64,000 nt of DNA from assembly GCF_006345805.1 (NCBI RefSeq), contig NC_043004.1:28024001-28088000 (forward strand). The letters run 5' to 3'. This DNA comes from Octopus sinensis. Taxonomy: Eukaryota. This document shows positions 39,080-50,494 of the stretch, piece after piece (positions within the stretch are counted from its first letter, which is position 1; each line of letters starts with the position of its first letter). Below the pieces are notes generated by a model that was given only the letters and a program-made list of their open reading frames with translations, did not search any database and was not told the DNA's origin. A program made the position numbers and the translations under genes.

Positions 39080-40010
39080 TCACCTACAATACAAAGAACA
39101 TATCTGAAGCAAACACTTTCAGGCACATAAGAAAAGCACAATCACCAAAGCATTGAAGAAAACCAACATCTCTATATACAATGATATAAACAACGAAGCC
39201 AGAGACCTGGCCATCCTTTTGAAAATAGAGGATCATATGGATTACCTCGCTACGCGATATCCCCAATATCACAGGCGAAGAGCAAAATCTCAACTTGCCT
39301 TTCTAATCCTAACAGCAGGCTTGTTATCCCTTTAAGAGCAAAATAGACATTGTAAGTAAGTATATTTTCGATGTCATCAACATTAATATTAGAAGCACTA
39401 TTGCTTGACGATGGGATTGCAGCACCGCAGTAATTGACTGGTTCTGTGCACTCGAGATGAAGCAGCCTACAATTTCACCGAGATGGATTCGTGGATTTCT
39501 ACTCTTCAATATCAAAATATCTTCTCTTGGAGGGCTTAGAATTTGGTTGGCAATTCACCAGCATCAGCGACCTCGACATTAGAATCATCATGAACTCTAG
39601 AAGATCAATCTCAGATCACAATGATTCCAACTGGGTGAAGAGGGAAGGCGACCCTGTGTTCGACGTGTCTATGGGGAGAGACGACGGAACCGAAATCGCT
39701 GACTTTGTCAGGTTCTTTATCTTGGAAACTCAAAGAACGTATGCATACACCTATAACCCGACCCTCTATGAGGATGTTGGTCTGGCAATCTCAGGCCATA
39801 CGAACAGCCGCGCCAATGACAAGTTCAGGAGGGATCAGATAACAGCCTCAAAAGAATTCGGTCTATTTGTAACAGTTACTATCAACTTCACATAAGTCAA
39901 CTTCTAGGACGTTATTCTAGGCTTGAAGACGACCAAGTATACTCTTACAGAAAGAGCAACGCAGAAAATGTTTACATCTGAAAAAGCTCCAATCAACCCC
40001 CAACAGTAAT
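39080..40010 (+). pseudogene. Decayed Penelope-like reverse transcriptase
   Basis: AVIDWF; FVDFYSSISKYLL; WVKREGDPVFDVSMGRDDGTEIADFV; LYEDVGL (decayed YRDDGL); KEFGLFVTV; VNF*DV; SNQPP. Confidence 0.85.
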
Positions 40011-40478
40011 TAGTTATTCATGCTGTAAATAATTATTCATGCTACTATGTCAATGTTAATGATTAATCTGCATGAATAATTGGATTTCATCAGATATTAT
40101 AAACAAACTGCAACAAATTTGGGTTTACATTACTGAAATCACCAAGCTAGAAGCGACTGTGCTTGTCTCCTTGTTTCCACTATAGGGATGATGTTATCCA
40201 ATGGCGCAGCACCAGTTGTCTGATGATGCGAATAGCTTATTGCACCTCTCAGCATCAGTTTTATGAACATCAGGATGAAGAGGGGATTATAACGTTTATC
40301 TCCAATACCCAACGGTTCGTCGGGGCTGCTTTGGCGGTAAACCAAATAACTGCGGATCTAAGATACAGTGCTAGAAGTTCTGTCAGACACTAAAATAAAT
40401 CCATGATTGATATGGATCACTGCAAGGGAAACTGCATATGAATATGCTAGGTCAACACAGACAAAACGAAGCTCCTTT

Positions 40479-40509
<31 letters not shown>

Positions 40510-41445
40510 CCCGTATGTATGTGTACGTGTACGTGCACACGTGTATGAGAATGCCTGTGAACATCAGCGTGAAATTAAACATATTTGGTATGTCATTCAC
40601 AGATGATTTTCTTTTCGTCTGTTACACAGTCAATAAAAATAATTATCAATGTATTGGCTATATATATTGTAACGTATAAAAGATTGGGAGAAAATCATAT
40701 GCTTGTATGTGTACACGCTTGAGACTGTGTGTATAAGTACACATAAATATACACATTAAATATATTCTTTCTCCATCTCTCGTCAGCTCTCTTTCTCAGT
40801 TTCTCTCTCCCTTTCTCTCTCTCTCTCTCTTGCCCTTTCTCTCCACAATCACACATGTATACACACATAAGCATATGTGCGAATATAAGTATATGTACAT
40901 ACTGTATACACACATGCATATACATGTAAGCGATCACTTACAAATACTACACATGTATGTATGTATGTATGTATGTATGTATTCATGTATATCATACAAT
41001 ATACAGTGCAAATGGTAACGATTTCTTCTCTAGTAGACTTTCTGGCTCCAACGTAATTCTGTTCATTTATTGAATCACCAGATGAAACTATTACGTTATT
41101 ATATCTGTGCTATTATTAGACAAAAGCCTTACTAGGCTTTATGTGAGCCCCGACTAGCATACATTGGTACTCATTTACATATCGAATACGTGTAGCATTA
41201 AGGGCAAGTAACTATCAATTTGTATGTGTCATTAACAAATTATAACGCAGAAAATTGTATTAATAAAGTAACCTTATTATATTATGTATTAACTAGCACG
41301 CCCGTGTAGTCAAAAATGCCGAAAGTTTTATTAATGATAGAAAACGGGATATCTAAGCAATCAGAGAAACCATGGCTAAATACCAGCAATTTTGTAAATA
41401 TGTGTACATACAAAGGATCGAAGCACTTGAAGAATCTGATACGGT

Positions 41446-41842
41446 TACTCTTTTACTCTTTTACTTGTTTCAGTCATTTGACTGCGGCTATGCTGGAGCA
41501 CCGCCTTTAGTCGAGCAAATCGACCCCGGGACTTATTCTTTGTAAGCCCAGTACTTATTCTATCGGTCTCTTTTTGCCGAACCGCTAAGTGACGGGGACA
41601 TAAACACACCAGCATCGGTTGTCAAGCAATGCTAGGGGGACAAACACAGACACACAAACACACACACATACATATATACGACAGGCTTCTTTCAGTTTCC
41701 GTCTACCAAATCCACTCACAAGGCATTGGTCGGCCCGGGGCTATAGCAGAAGACACTTGCCCAAGATGCCACGCAGTGGGACTGAATCCGGAACCATGTG
41801 GCTGGTTTGCAAGCTACTTACCACACAGCCACTCCTGCGCCT
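41446..41842 (-). mobile_element. CORE-type SINE, full length, young
   Basis: Close reverse complement of 62088-62461. Confidence 0.95.
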
Positions 41843-42050
41843 GTTGTAAACTCTCGGTTGAAAATATCGCCCATATAATGTATGTATGTATGCATGTATG
41901 TATGTATGTATGCATGTATGTAGGTATGTGTGTATGTATGTACGTATATACATATGTATGCATGTATATATAGTTATATCTATATCTATTTCTACACGCA
42001 CAAATGCGCGCGCACACGCACACACACACACACAAGTATATATATATATT

Positions 42051-42227
42051 CTTTTATCCTTTTACTTGAATCATTTGACTGCGGCCATACTGGAGAGCCG
42101 CCTTGAAGGCTTTTAGCCAAACAAACAGACATCAAGACTTATTTCTTAAACCTAGTACTTATTTTATCGGTCTCTTTAGCTGAAACGCTAAGATATGGGG
42201 ACGTAAACACACCAACACCGGTTGTCA
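42051..42227 (-). mobile_element. CORE-type SINE 3' half, cut by a Tc1 insertion
   Basis: Family sequence stops at ccggttgtca, exactly where the Tc1 TIR begins. Confidence 0.8.
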
Positions 42228-43698
42228 CCCGTGTTGGCCAAAAGTATTAGTCCACCCCAATGCTTTGGGATTCTGCTATCTCAATGTTAATGAAACTCAT
42301 GCACGTGGTAGATTATGGTGTATTTCACAATATACATTAGTTTTAATATCTGGTTACCCCTCCTTTAGCAGCAGTTACTGTTTTTATACTCTGCTGTGCA
42401 ACCAATTATGAGTAAGACAAACTTCCAAAATTGATTTATGTTTATGCTAAAATGCGTTGTAGATACAGTTAATAAAAAGTAAAATGCCTAAAACAAAGGA
42501 GTTAAGTGAGTGTAAGTGAGGTCAGATCGTAGCTCATCATGAAGATGGAATGTCTCAAAAGGCAAATTTCTCAGATTAAATGTTCTCGATATGCGGTACA
42601 AACGACTCTCAGACACTTTAGAAAGACAAAAATGTGAAGACAATACAAAGAACCGGTATAAAAAAAAAGGTTACATCACCTCGTGATCACAGATCCATCA
42701 TCCGTCAGTCGCTCAGAAACAGGAGAAAAACATCGTCGAAGCTCTGTGCGGACTTCAACGAGGCAACTACTTTACAAATATCAACCAGAACTGTTAGAAG
42801 AAAGCTTGTAGAGTACGGTCTGAAAGGCTGTAAAGCCAAGAAGAAGCCTTGGGTTTCTGAAGCGAATATGGAAAAACGTCTTCAGTGGGCCCAAACCACT
42901 CAAATTGGACCAGTGAGCAATGGTCGAAAGTCATATGGTCTGATGAAAGTAACTATGAGTTAAGATAATACATGTATTCAATCAACATATAAACTTAATG
43001 TAACTGGTCTTTTGCCCAAAATATATTAAAAAAATATATCCAACATAAAGCTAATATTATATTTCATGTTCTTACTTAGATTTTCGGTACATCTGGTGCA
43101 ATTTTGGTGCGTCGCAGAGTTGGGGAAACATTTAAGGCTGAATGTCTGGTACCAACCGTTAAACGTGGTTCTATCATGGTATGGGCCTGCATGTCTGCCA
43201 CAGGACCCGGAGAAATGTTTTTATGTCAGGGAAGGATGAATTCAGCTGCCTATGTTTCTATGTTATCAGATGTTTTAGAACCATCAATTGCCAAATTGCT
43301 TCCAGAAATGTCGAAAAACAGTGTTGACTTTCAACAGGACAACACTCCATGTCATACAGCAAAGAATACTCGTCAATGGTTTGAGACACAGCGTATAGTT
43401 GCCATGGATTGGCCAGCTCAAAGTCCAGATCTAAATCCGATCGCTCACCTATGAGGAACTCTTGGCGAAGCTATCAGGAACACAACAATTAAAGATAAAG
43501 AGCATTTGTACCAAAAGTTGAGAGAAAAATGGAGTAAAATTGCGCCTAGCACCTGGAAGAAACTAGTTGATTCAATGCCTAACCGTATAAAAGCGGTAAT
43601 TGATGCTAAAGGAGAGTCAGCCAGATATTAAAACTAATGTACATTGTGAAATATACCATAATATACCATGTGCACTAGTTTCATTAAGACGGAATATC
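42228..43698 (+). mobile_element. Tc1-like (DD34E) transposon with long TIRs and an intron; right end truncated
   Basis: Left end cccgtgttggccaaaagtattagtccaccc; about 42290-42395 is reverse-complementary to about 43585-43690. Transposase from ATG 42484 to stop 43631. Confidence 0.92.
42484..43631 (+). pseudogene. Tc1 transposase pseudogene with a 120-bp phase-0 intron (42960-43079)
   Basis: WSDESNYE|IFGTSG joins across an AT-rich segment that starts ttaagat (decayed gtaagat) and ends ttacttag. QQDN...SPDLNPIA has 34-residue spacing with E replaced by A. Confidence 0.85.
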
Positions 43699-43700
43699 AG

Positions 43701-44112
43701 TGCCACCGGCATGCCAACTGTACGGGCAGGACGATGAACCCGTTCTGCACGCTCTTGTACAGATCCTGGAGCTTTCGGACTTGACAATTTACGTAGAACA
43801 AGGTTGTCGCACCTGGGAAGAGTACAGCTATTAGCTGATTCTGTAATAAAGATTGTACCGCCAACCGGACTACCAAAAGAAGGTGAGGGATATTTTTCGT
43901 GTACGGTCGCAGTAATGAAAGGGTGTGCATGGAGAACAATAATGCAAGGAATCGTGACAGAATCCTTCATCTATGACCCTGGTTTGCTATACTAATTCAG
44001 GTACCATCTGAAGAGCAAGATAGGGTTGGAGAGGAGACACCTGTCGCGAAGTATATATGAGAAAAGATGGAAGGATGTCGTGAGGAAGTTGGGAGTGATT
44101 GTTCCTACTTAA
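43701..44112 (+). pseudogene. L1/Tx1-type ORF2 3' fragment, diverged subfamily
   Basis: DEPVLHALVQ...LGRVQLLADSVIKIVPP...FRYHLKSKIGLERRHLS..YEKRW aligns with 52440-52868. Confidence 0.82.
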
Positions 44113-44197
44113 TTCCACCTATGGTAAAAGCAAGGGGTAGTCGCTGGCTTTCCGGCCATAGTTATCAAAAATAAGTTTGTGAATATTTTTAATTTAA

Positions 44198-44248
<51 letters not shown>

Positions 44249-44397
44249 TGTGTGTTTGTGTGTGTGTGTGTGTGTGTGTATGATTCATCGAATTTTTAAT
44301 CATAAGCTCACTTAGCACATTTATATGTTTGTAACGTTCTGTATTGTCCTTCTTTGTAATAGATATTTATCATCATAACAAAGAAATGGGTGGTTGT

Positions 44398-44442
44398 CAC
44401 ACGCTGATGACGGGTCAATATCCAGAAACTCGGGTCCATGTG
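44398..44442 (+). ncRNA. Hammerhead-like motif with canonical core
   Basis: cacacg CTGATGA c GGGT caat ATCC a GAAA ctcggg T C catgtg. GUC site; near-palindromic stem III; one stem I mismatch. Confidence 0.65.
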
Positions 44443-45524
44443 TATCACTTCAGGCTGGAGATGGGAACGATGACTTCCTTTTGCAAATACAGATATTGTT
44501 TCAATAGCCAGCTGGAACAGAAGTCTTCCTGGGGCTACAAGCTACAGTATTATCAACCCCTAAGGGTTAGCCACATTTAGGTGGTGAATATACTTCTCGA
44601 TATATATATATCATGGAAATTTCACAGGAACAACGTTCTGCGTAATATGATATCATGTGAACGATAATACTTTAAAAGCAAAAGAATCTATTATTTAATT
44701 TCATATATTTCTTTATGTGTGCCTGTCTGAAACTGATAAAATAAATAAAATTTACGAGAAGAAATTTGCAGTTTTATTGTTATTAAAATGTCAGCGACTT
44801 CAGAAAAAAACATTTTACTACAGATCACCAGCATATAGCGTCTCCGACTGTCACTCACGCCCACTCCGTTTGTCGATTTTTTTTTTCAGTTCATATATGC
44901 ATTTATTTTGAAAAGGAATCCGCTCTTGAATCTCATGTGGGAGCCACATACACAAACACATTGACACACACACACACACTCTCCCCCACATTCATTTCTT
45001 TACTCTCTTGCTATAAATGATTAATTTATTCATTTATGTTTATTGTATACATAATTTGGGCATATGTGGTTCTGTTGTAGAACTGAAGAGAAGGTCATGA
45101 GTTCGATTCTACGAGTATATCGGGGCAATATTTTCGAAAACTATTCGTTGGTTAGTAAAGTCGTTAGAATAGGATATTTTGCAAAACAAATGTTTGGATC
45201 ACGCAAATATTCTGGATTTTAATGATAAAATTAAGAATCGTTTATTGAGAATGATTCAAGATTCAGTGAAATTGGAAATAAAGTTATGACATATATTCCC
45301 ATGTTCTTTTATTCTTTTAGTGGTTTCAGTAGGAGGACTGCGGCCATGCTGGAGCACCGCCTTAATTTGAACGTGGTGGATTTATATGCTTTGCCTATGT
45401 ATGAATATATGGCAATGTGCATGCATGCATGTATATATATATACATATATATGTATGTGTGTATTTGTGTGTGTATGTGTGTGTGTATGTATATATGGGA
45501 GTATATGTGATATATAGATGTATG

Positions 45525-45570
<46 letters not shown>

Positions 45571-45599
45571 CATACATACATACATACATACATACACAC

Positions 45600-45634
<35 letters not shown>

Positions 45635-46789
45635 CATATACATACATATACATATATATACATATATAAAAAGATATATACTTATACATATACGAGTATA
45701 TAACACTTTCGACCTCGTTTACACAATAAACAGCTACATACACACACACACACACGTATGAAAGCAAAAATTTGCACAGAAGGAACGCACGTGAATTACA
45801 TGTGAGACGTGGCCATGTCATCACACGTCGGTTACCGGCCAAATATCATTACAATTTTGCGCCTTGATTGATGAGATTGTTCATTTTAATGGTATCAACA
45901 GGAAAAAAGCGCAGGGATAAGTGAACTGGCTGTGACGAAACCATAAACGACGATTTAACGACGCAGTTGGTATATATTTATAGATATACGCATAAATACA
46001 AAGGCCCTTCGGCTGTGCAGAAGTAAACCTAATGGGAAAATGTTCTATAGGCTTTGAAAAGGGCAGTAGATAGATAGAAGCCAAAAAGAAATATATACAT
46101 GTATTAAAAAAATCTCTTTCATCTCTATTTTTGTCTTGACTGTTTAAGTTTGCAAGACTTAGCAGTTTAGTTAATCCTTTTATGTAGATCGTCATTATTT
46201 CCATCGCATCAAGGTTTATTTAATTCTAGTTATGTGAAGTTAGAACGCTCTTTTTTCTGTAGTTATGCGCTAACTTTCCCTATTACTAACGTTGAGATGA
46301 ATGATACGGTGTTTTTAAAATTATATCGTTGAACATATTTTGGAGACACAATCGATTTTGTACATGTATGAATCGTGTTCCAACAGTTTCTCTTTCTTAT
46401 GTGTAATATCAGATTGCCAGTTATTGTCGGAATTTGTAACACGTTAACTTTATGAGGTAATAGTCAATAGACATATGAGGTAATGCAACACATTAAATAC
46501 ACGAGGTAATACCTAACAAACATTGTTACGCACACATTTATCTTTTGAAATTTTCATTAATATATATTTTTTTTCATTTCAATTCCTCTTTCCTTTTAAT
46601 CTTTGAGCTTACATATCTAAAGAACAAACAAATTGTATTCTCCTAAGTTAAACATCTTTGGTAACCTCTGCTTACCGCCCGTTTTTTTTTTTTTCTTTAC
46701 TATAGAAAGCCCTTTTGTTCTTGTTAAATATTTCCGGCATTATCCTGTTAATGTCCTCCTCAGTGTTCTATCAAATGCTTCCGTTAAAC

Positions 46790-47143
46790 ATCCTCTTTTA
46801 CCGTCCTTTACGAGTCGGTGAATGTTCCACTTCAGTAAAATTCACAGAACTAATGGCAAGAACGATGATGTCCTCGGATAAAATCAAGGCACCGATGAGG
46901 ACGGACATACTAGTCTGTTTGATAGCTACTATGGATAACTTCCAGAAATACTTAGCTTGCTATTGCTGCCGAGAATATTACCGGTTCGAGATAAACTCTA
47001 CAGGCACGGAAGTACTGTCTGTCGAGACTGTCCGAGATACGCGCAGAGGGATGAAAAGCGTACTGCACATACTCATGCTAGAATTCGAGAATAGCTCACA
47101 TGTGGCGTGGTGCCGAACAACTGATTTCGCAAGCCTACCGTGA
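46790..47143 (+). pseudogene. L1/Tx1-type ORF2 fragment
   Basis: TMDNFQKYLA..C.RE-LPVRDKLYRHGS..DCPR matches GPMDNFQRSLAWRCYREALPVRDKLYRHGS at about 52340-52450. Confidence 0.82.
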
Positions 47144-47678
47144 AGATGTCCATGTTACATTATTTTAATAGTTCCCTTCCTTTTCGGTCAACTCTTCATC
47201 GACTCTTTCAGTTTTTACTTGGCATTGAGGCATTGAAAGTGTTTCCTTCCAGTCAAGGGAGGATAACTAGAAGAAATGGTTAGGGTGAATGAAATTACTC
47301 TAAGTATACGCCAATAGACTGGAGGACAACAGGAGGAAGAGGGTACGTATCCTTGGCTTTTTGGGGAGGATTTTGAATTTGTGAATTTTCTTGCTTGGCA
47401 CACTAGTGTAAACTCATCTTTTCTGGAAGACTTTACCATCCCTGTATTCATATATTTTGTAGACTGCATTTTACATCTCATTTCTCCCCACCTCATCTCT
47501 GCATTTTTTATTTGCTGTCATACTTTTATGTAAATCACCCACAAATTAGAATTTGTCTTTGTAACATTTCTTTATCAGACACCTCTGAGGAAAATGACAT
47601 ACATAATTGTCATAATGATCCTCCACCTCCTCTACTTCCTCCTGCCCCCATAATCAATATTATCATTATTAGTCAATA

Positions 47679-47895
47679 GGCGGCGAGCTGGAAGAATTGT
47701 TATCATGCCGGACAAAATACTTAGAAGCATTTCGTTCGCCTTTACGTTCTGAGTTCAAATTCCGCTGAGAACGACTTTGCCTTTCATCCTTTGGGAATCA
47801 ATGAATTAAATACCGATCAAGTACTGGCTCAATGTAATTGGCTAACCCCTTACCTCCAAATTCCAGGTCTTCTGCTCATAGTAAAAAGGATTATT
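47679..47895 (+). mobile_element. Meta-type SINE with (ATT)n tail
   Basis: ggcggcgagctggaagaa...gagttcaaattccgc...gcctttcatccttt; tail type B runs into (ATT)n. Confidence 0.85.
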
Positions 47896-47900
47896 AATAC

Positions 47901-47940
<40 letters not shown>

Positions 47941-48001
47941 GAGTGAGAGAGCAGTTCATGCCATCAAAGTGACACTGGGGTAAAATATACGAAGCCCAAT
48001 A

Positions 48002-48074
<73 letters not shown>

Positions 48075-48117
48075 ATTATTATTATTATTATTATTATTGT
48101 TGTTGTTTTTGTTGTTG
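47896..48117. repeat. (ATT)n/(GTT)n array interrupted by a 62-bp repeat fragment (47941-48002)
   Basis: Directly visible; the fragment equals the start of the units at 48520 and 49040. Confidence 0.9.
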
Positions 48118-48497
48118 TGTTACATCTCAGAACGTTTGGTCTTGTTTGTTCTGGTAGATTCTGTGAGAGCGGACAGTAGCCTACTGTCAGAGGTCTCACA
48201 GGGTCTCTTTCCGCACATTATAAGCTTTGATACTTGGCTGTTAATCCTAGATGTCCCCAGCAGAGCAGTTTTTGGGGGTTTGCTCTACTCTCATGTCAAT
48301 TCCAATTTCTTTGACTTCTTTCTCGAACTTCGTTGCTAGTGCTCCAAGTGCCCCCTACAACTACTGGAATGACAGACACACTCCTCACAGTCCACGTTCT
48401 TGCAATTTCGTCTTTTAGTAGACTGTAAGTTTCAGTCTTTTCTAGTTCTTTGTCACTTATGCATGCATCTCAAGGTAGTGCAATATCTAATTCTTTG
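48118..48497 (-). mobile_element. 5'-truncated R4/Dong-clade non-LTR retrotransposon (restriction-like endonuclease C-terminus and 3' UTR)
   Basis: Minus strand: LDIALP*DACISDKELEKTETYSLLKDEIARTW..V.VIPVVVG-ALGA...IGI....-QKTALLGTSRI; flanked on both sides by (AAT)n. Confidence 0.85.
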
Positions 48498-48519
48498 TTT
48501 TTTTTTTTATTATTATTAT

Positions 48520-49580
48520 TGAGTGACAGAGAAATACATGCCATCAAAGTGAGACTGGGGTACAAATATACGAAGCCCAACATACCCGTCTGATAAGGGT
48601 ACACCCGGTGCCTATATCATAACCATATATGCGCGACATGGTGACCTTACATCAAGATAAACAGCGCATAACCTTGAAAGTGCGGGCCCAGTTAGAATTT
48701 TCTTCAGGTTAGTAGTTATCTTGCTCCAAAGGTCCCGGAAAGAGGGGTATTTAAGGATGATGAAGGAAACACACAGGTTTCGAGAGGTGAATTATTCAAA
48801 CCGCAAACTGTTCCTCTCAACACATGGCTATGATGCTTCCCCACTACTCCTGCTCTTGCACATATCGATAACCACTAAGGGACATGCTCAACTGGTTAAG
48901 GTCAAACAACTGAGAAACGCATCTGTGTTATTGAGCGGAATATTCGCTGTAGCCCATCTTTTTATACCAAGACGAAGCATATGCCTGATAACACTTCCAA
49001 TCAATTAAGATCAAAAGCTATGAGATCCACTGCCTATTTTTGAGTGAGAGAGTAGCGCATGCTGTCAAAGTGACACTAGGGTACAAATATACGAAATCCA
49101 GTATGCCCATCATGACTATCTGTCTGATAAGTGTACATTAGGCACATACATCACAACCATATGTGCACGACATGGTGACCTTATATCAAGATAAACAGCA
49201 CATTACCTTGCAAGTAGAGCCCAGCTAGAATTTTCTTCAGGTCGAGTAGCCTATCCCGCTCAAAAGGTCCCTGAATAAAGGTTGTTTAAGGATGTTCAAC
49301 GAAACACCCATGTTTCCTGGGGTGAATTATTCAAACCTCAAAGAATCCGTTTCAACACATGGCTAAGATGCTCCCCCACTACTTCTGCTCGTGATCAGAA
49401 AATCACATATCATCAGTCACTAAGGGACATGCTCAACTAGTTATGGTCAAGTAATTGATAAGCAAATCTGTGGTACTGAATAGAATTATTCATTGTAGCC
49501 CATCTTTTTATACCAAGACGAAGCATGTACATGATAAACTTCCAATCAATTAAGATCAGAAGCCATGAGAGCCATTGCCT
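48520..49580. repeat. Two tandem diverged copies of an unclassified ~515-540-bp interspersed repeat
   Basis: Units 48520-49034 and 49040-49580 both run gagtga(g/c)agag...aagatca.aagc.atgag.gcca.tgcct; a third partial copy lies at 47941. Confidence 0.88.
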
Positions 49581-49667
49581 ATTCTTCTTATATTTAAGAG
49601 ATGAGGAACTAGGTACATTATGTACATTATTTAGATTTGATGGATATTTGTCCTCAACTTTGTTGTT

Positions 49668-49713
49668 AACACAACGCATCGGCTGATATACCCTCCAGCT
49701 TTCTTCAGGTGTC
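49668..49713 (-). ncRNA. Decayed hammerhead-like motif (GAAA mutated to GAUG)
   Basis: Minus strand: gacac CTGAAGA a AGCTG gagggtatat CAGCC GATG cg T T gtgtt. Confidence 0.5.
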
Positions 49714-49759
49714 TTGGGCAAATTTCGAACCTGGGTTCTCATTCCTAAGGTATTTTCCT

Positions 49760-49827
49760 GTTATCATCATATATATTATTATATTATATTATTATTATTA
49801 TTATTATTATTATTATCATTATCATCA

Positions 49828-49860
<33 letters not shown>

Positions 49861-49874
49861 TATTATTATTATTA

Positions 49875-49907
<33 letters not shown>

Positions 49908-49966
49908 CATTATATCATCATTATTATTATTATTATATTATTATTTTATTATTATTATATTATTAT

Positions 49967-50024
<58 letters not shown>

Positions 50025-50026
50025 CA

Positions 50027-50077
<51 letters not shown>

Positions 50078-50082
50078 TAGTT
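49760..50082. repeat. (ATT)n followed by (AGT)n
   Basis: Directly visible. Confidence 0.95.
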
Positions 50083-50303
50083 ATGAATCCAGAGCGCTAT
50101 TTAAGAATAAAGAGTTCGCAGTTGGTTCATCGTTATTCCACCTATGGAAAAGAACAGGAGATGGCAGGATCGGTGGAACAGTGGAAAACTTGCGGTATTT
50201 AGTTGCACACATTCATGATCGGAGCTCAAATCAGGCTTAGGTGATATAACTTACTAGTCAAGAACTGAATTCTCATTTATTGAAATTTTGTAGCTGCTAT
50301 GGT

Positions 50304-50494
50304 AATAAACCTTTCTCCTATATAAAACAAGGGCAGAAATTTTGGTGGAGGGACCTAGTCCATTACTTCGATTCTAGTACTAGACTAGTACTTATTAAAT
50401 TGACCTCGAAAGGATGAAAGACAAAGTTGACGTCGGCGCACTTTGAATTCAGAAAGAAAAGTCGGAAGAAATGTCGAGAAGTATTTCGTCCGGC
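50304..50494 (-). mobile_element. Degenerate Meta-type SINE, truncated by the LINE insertion
   Basis: agtacttattaaattgacctcgaaaggatgaaagacaaagttgac...gtatttcgtccggc, then an abrupt switch to LINE sequence. Confidence 0.75.

Noticed and set aside
40139-40393. Possible transposase fragment on the minus strand
   Set aside because: Only a faint resemblance to a mariner C-terminus; no diagnostic motif.
47170-47216. Minus-strand ctgaaaga gtcga...ttgac c gaaa
   Set aside because: Stem II is plausible but there is no stem III, UH site or stem I.
47215-47496. 93-aa minus-strand ORF in non-repetitive sequence
   Set aside because: No recognisable domain; length within chance expectation.
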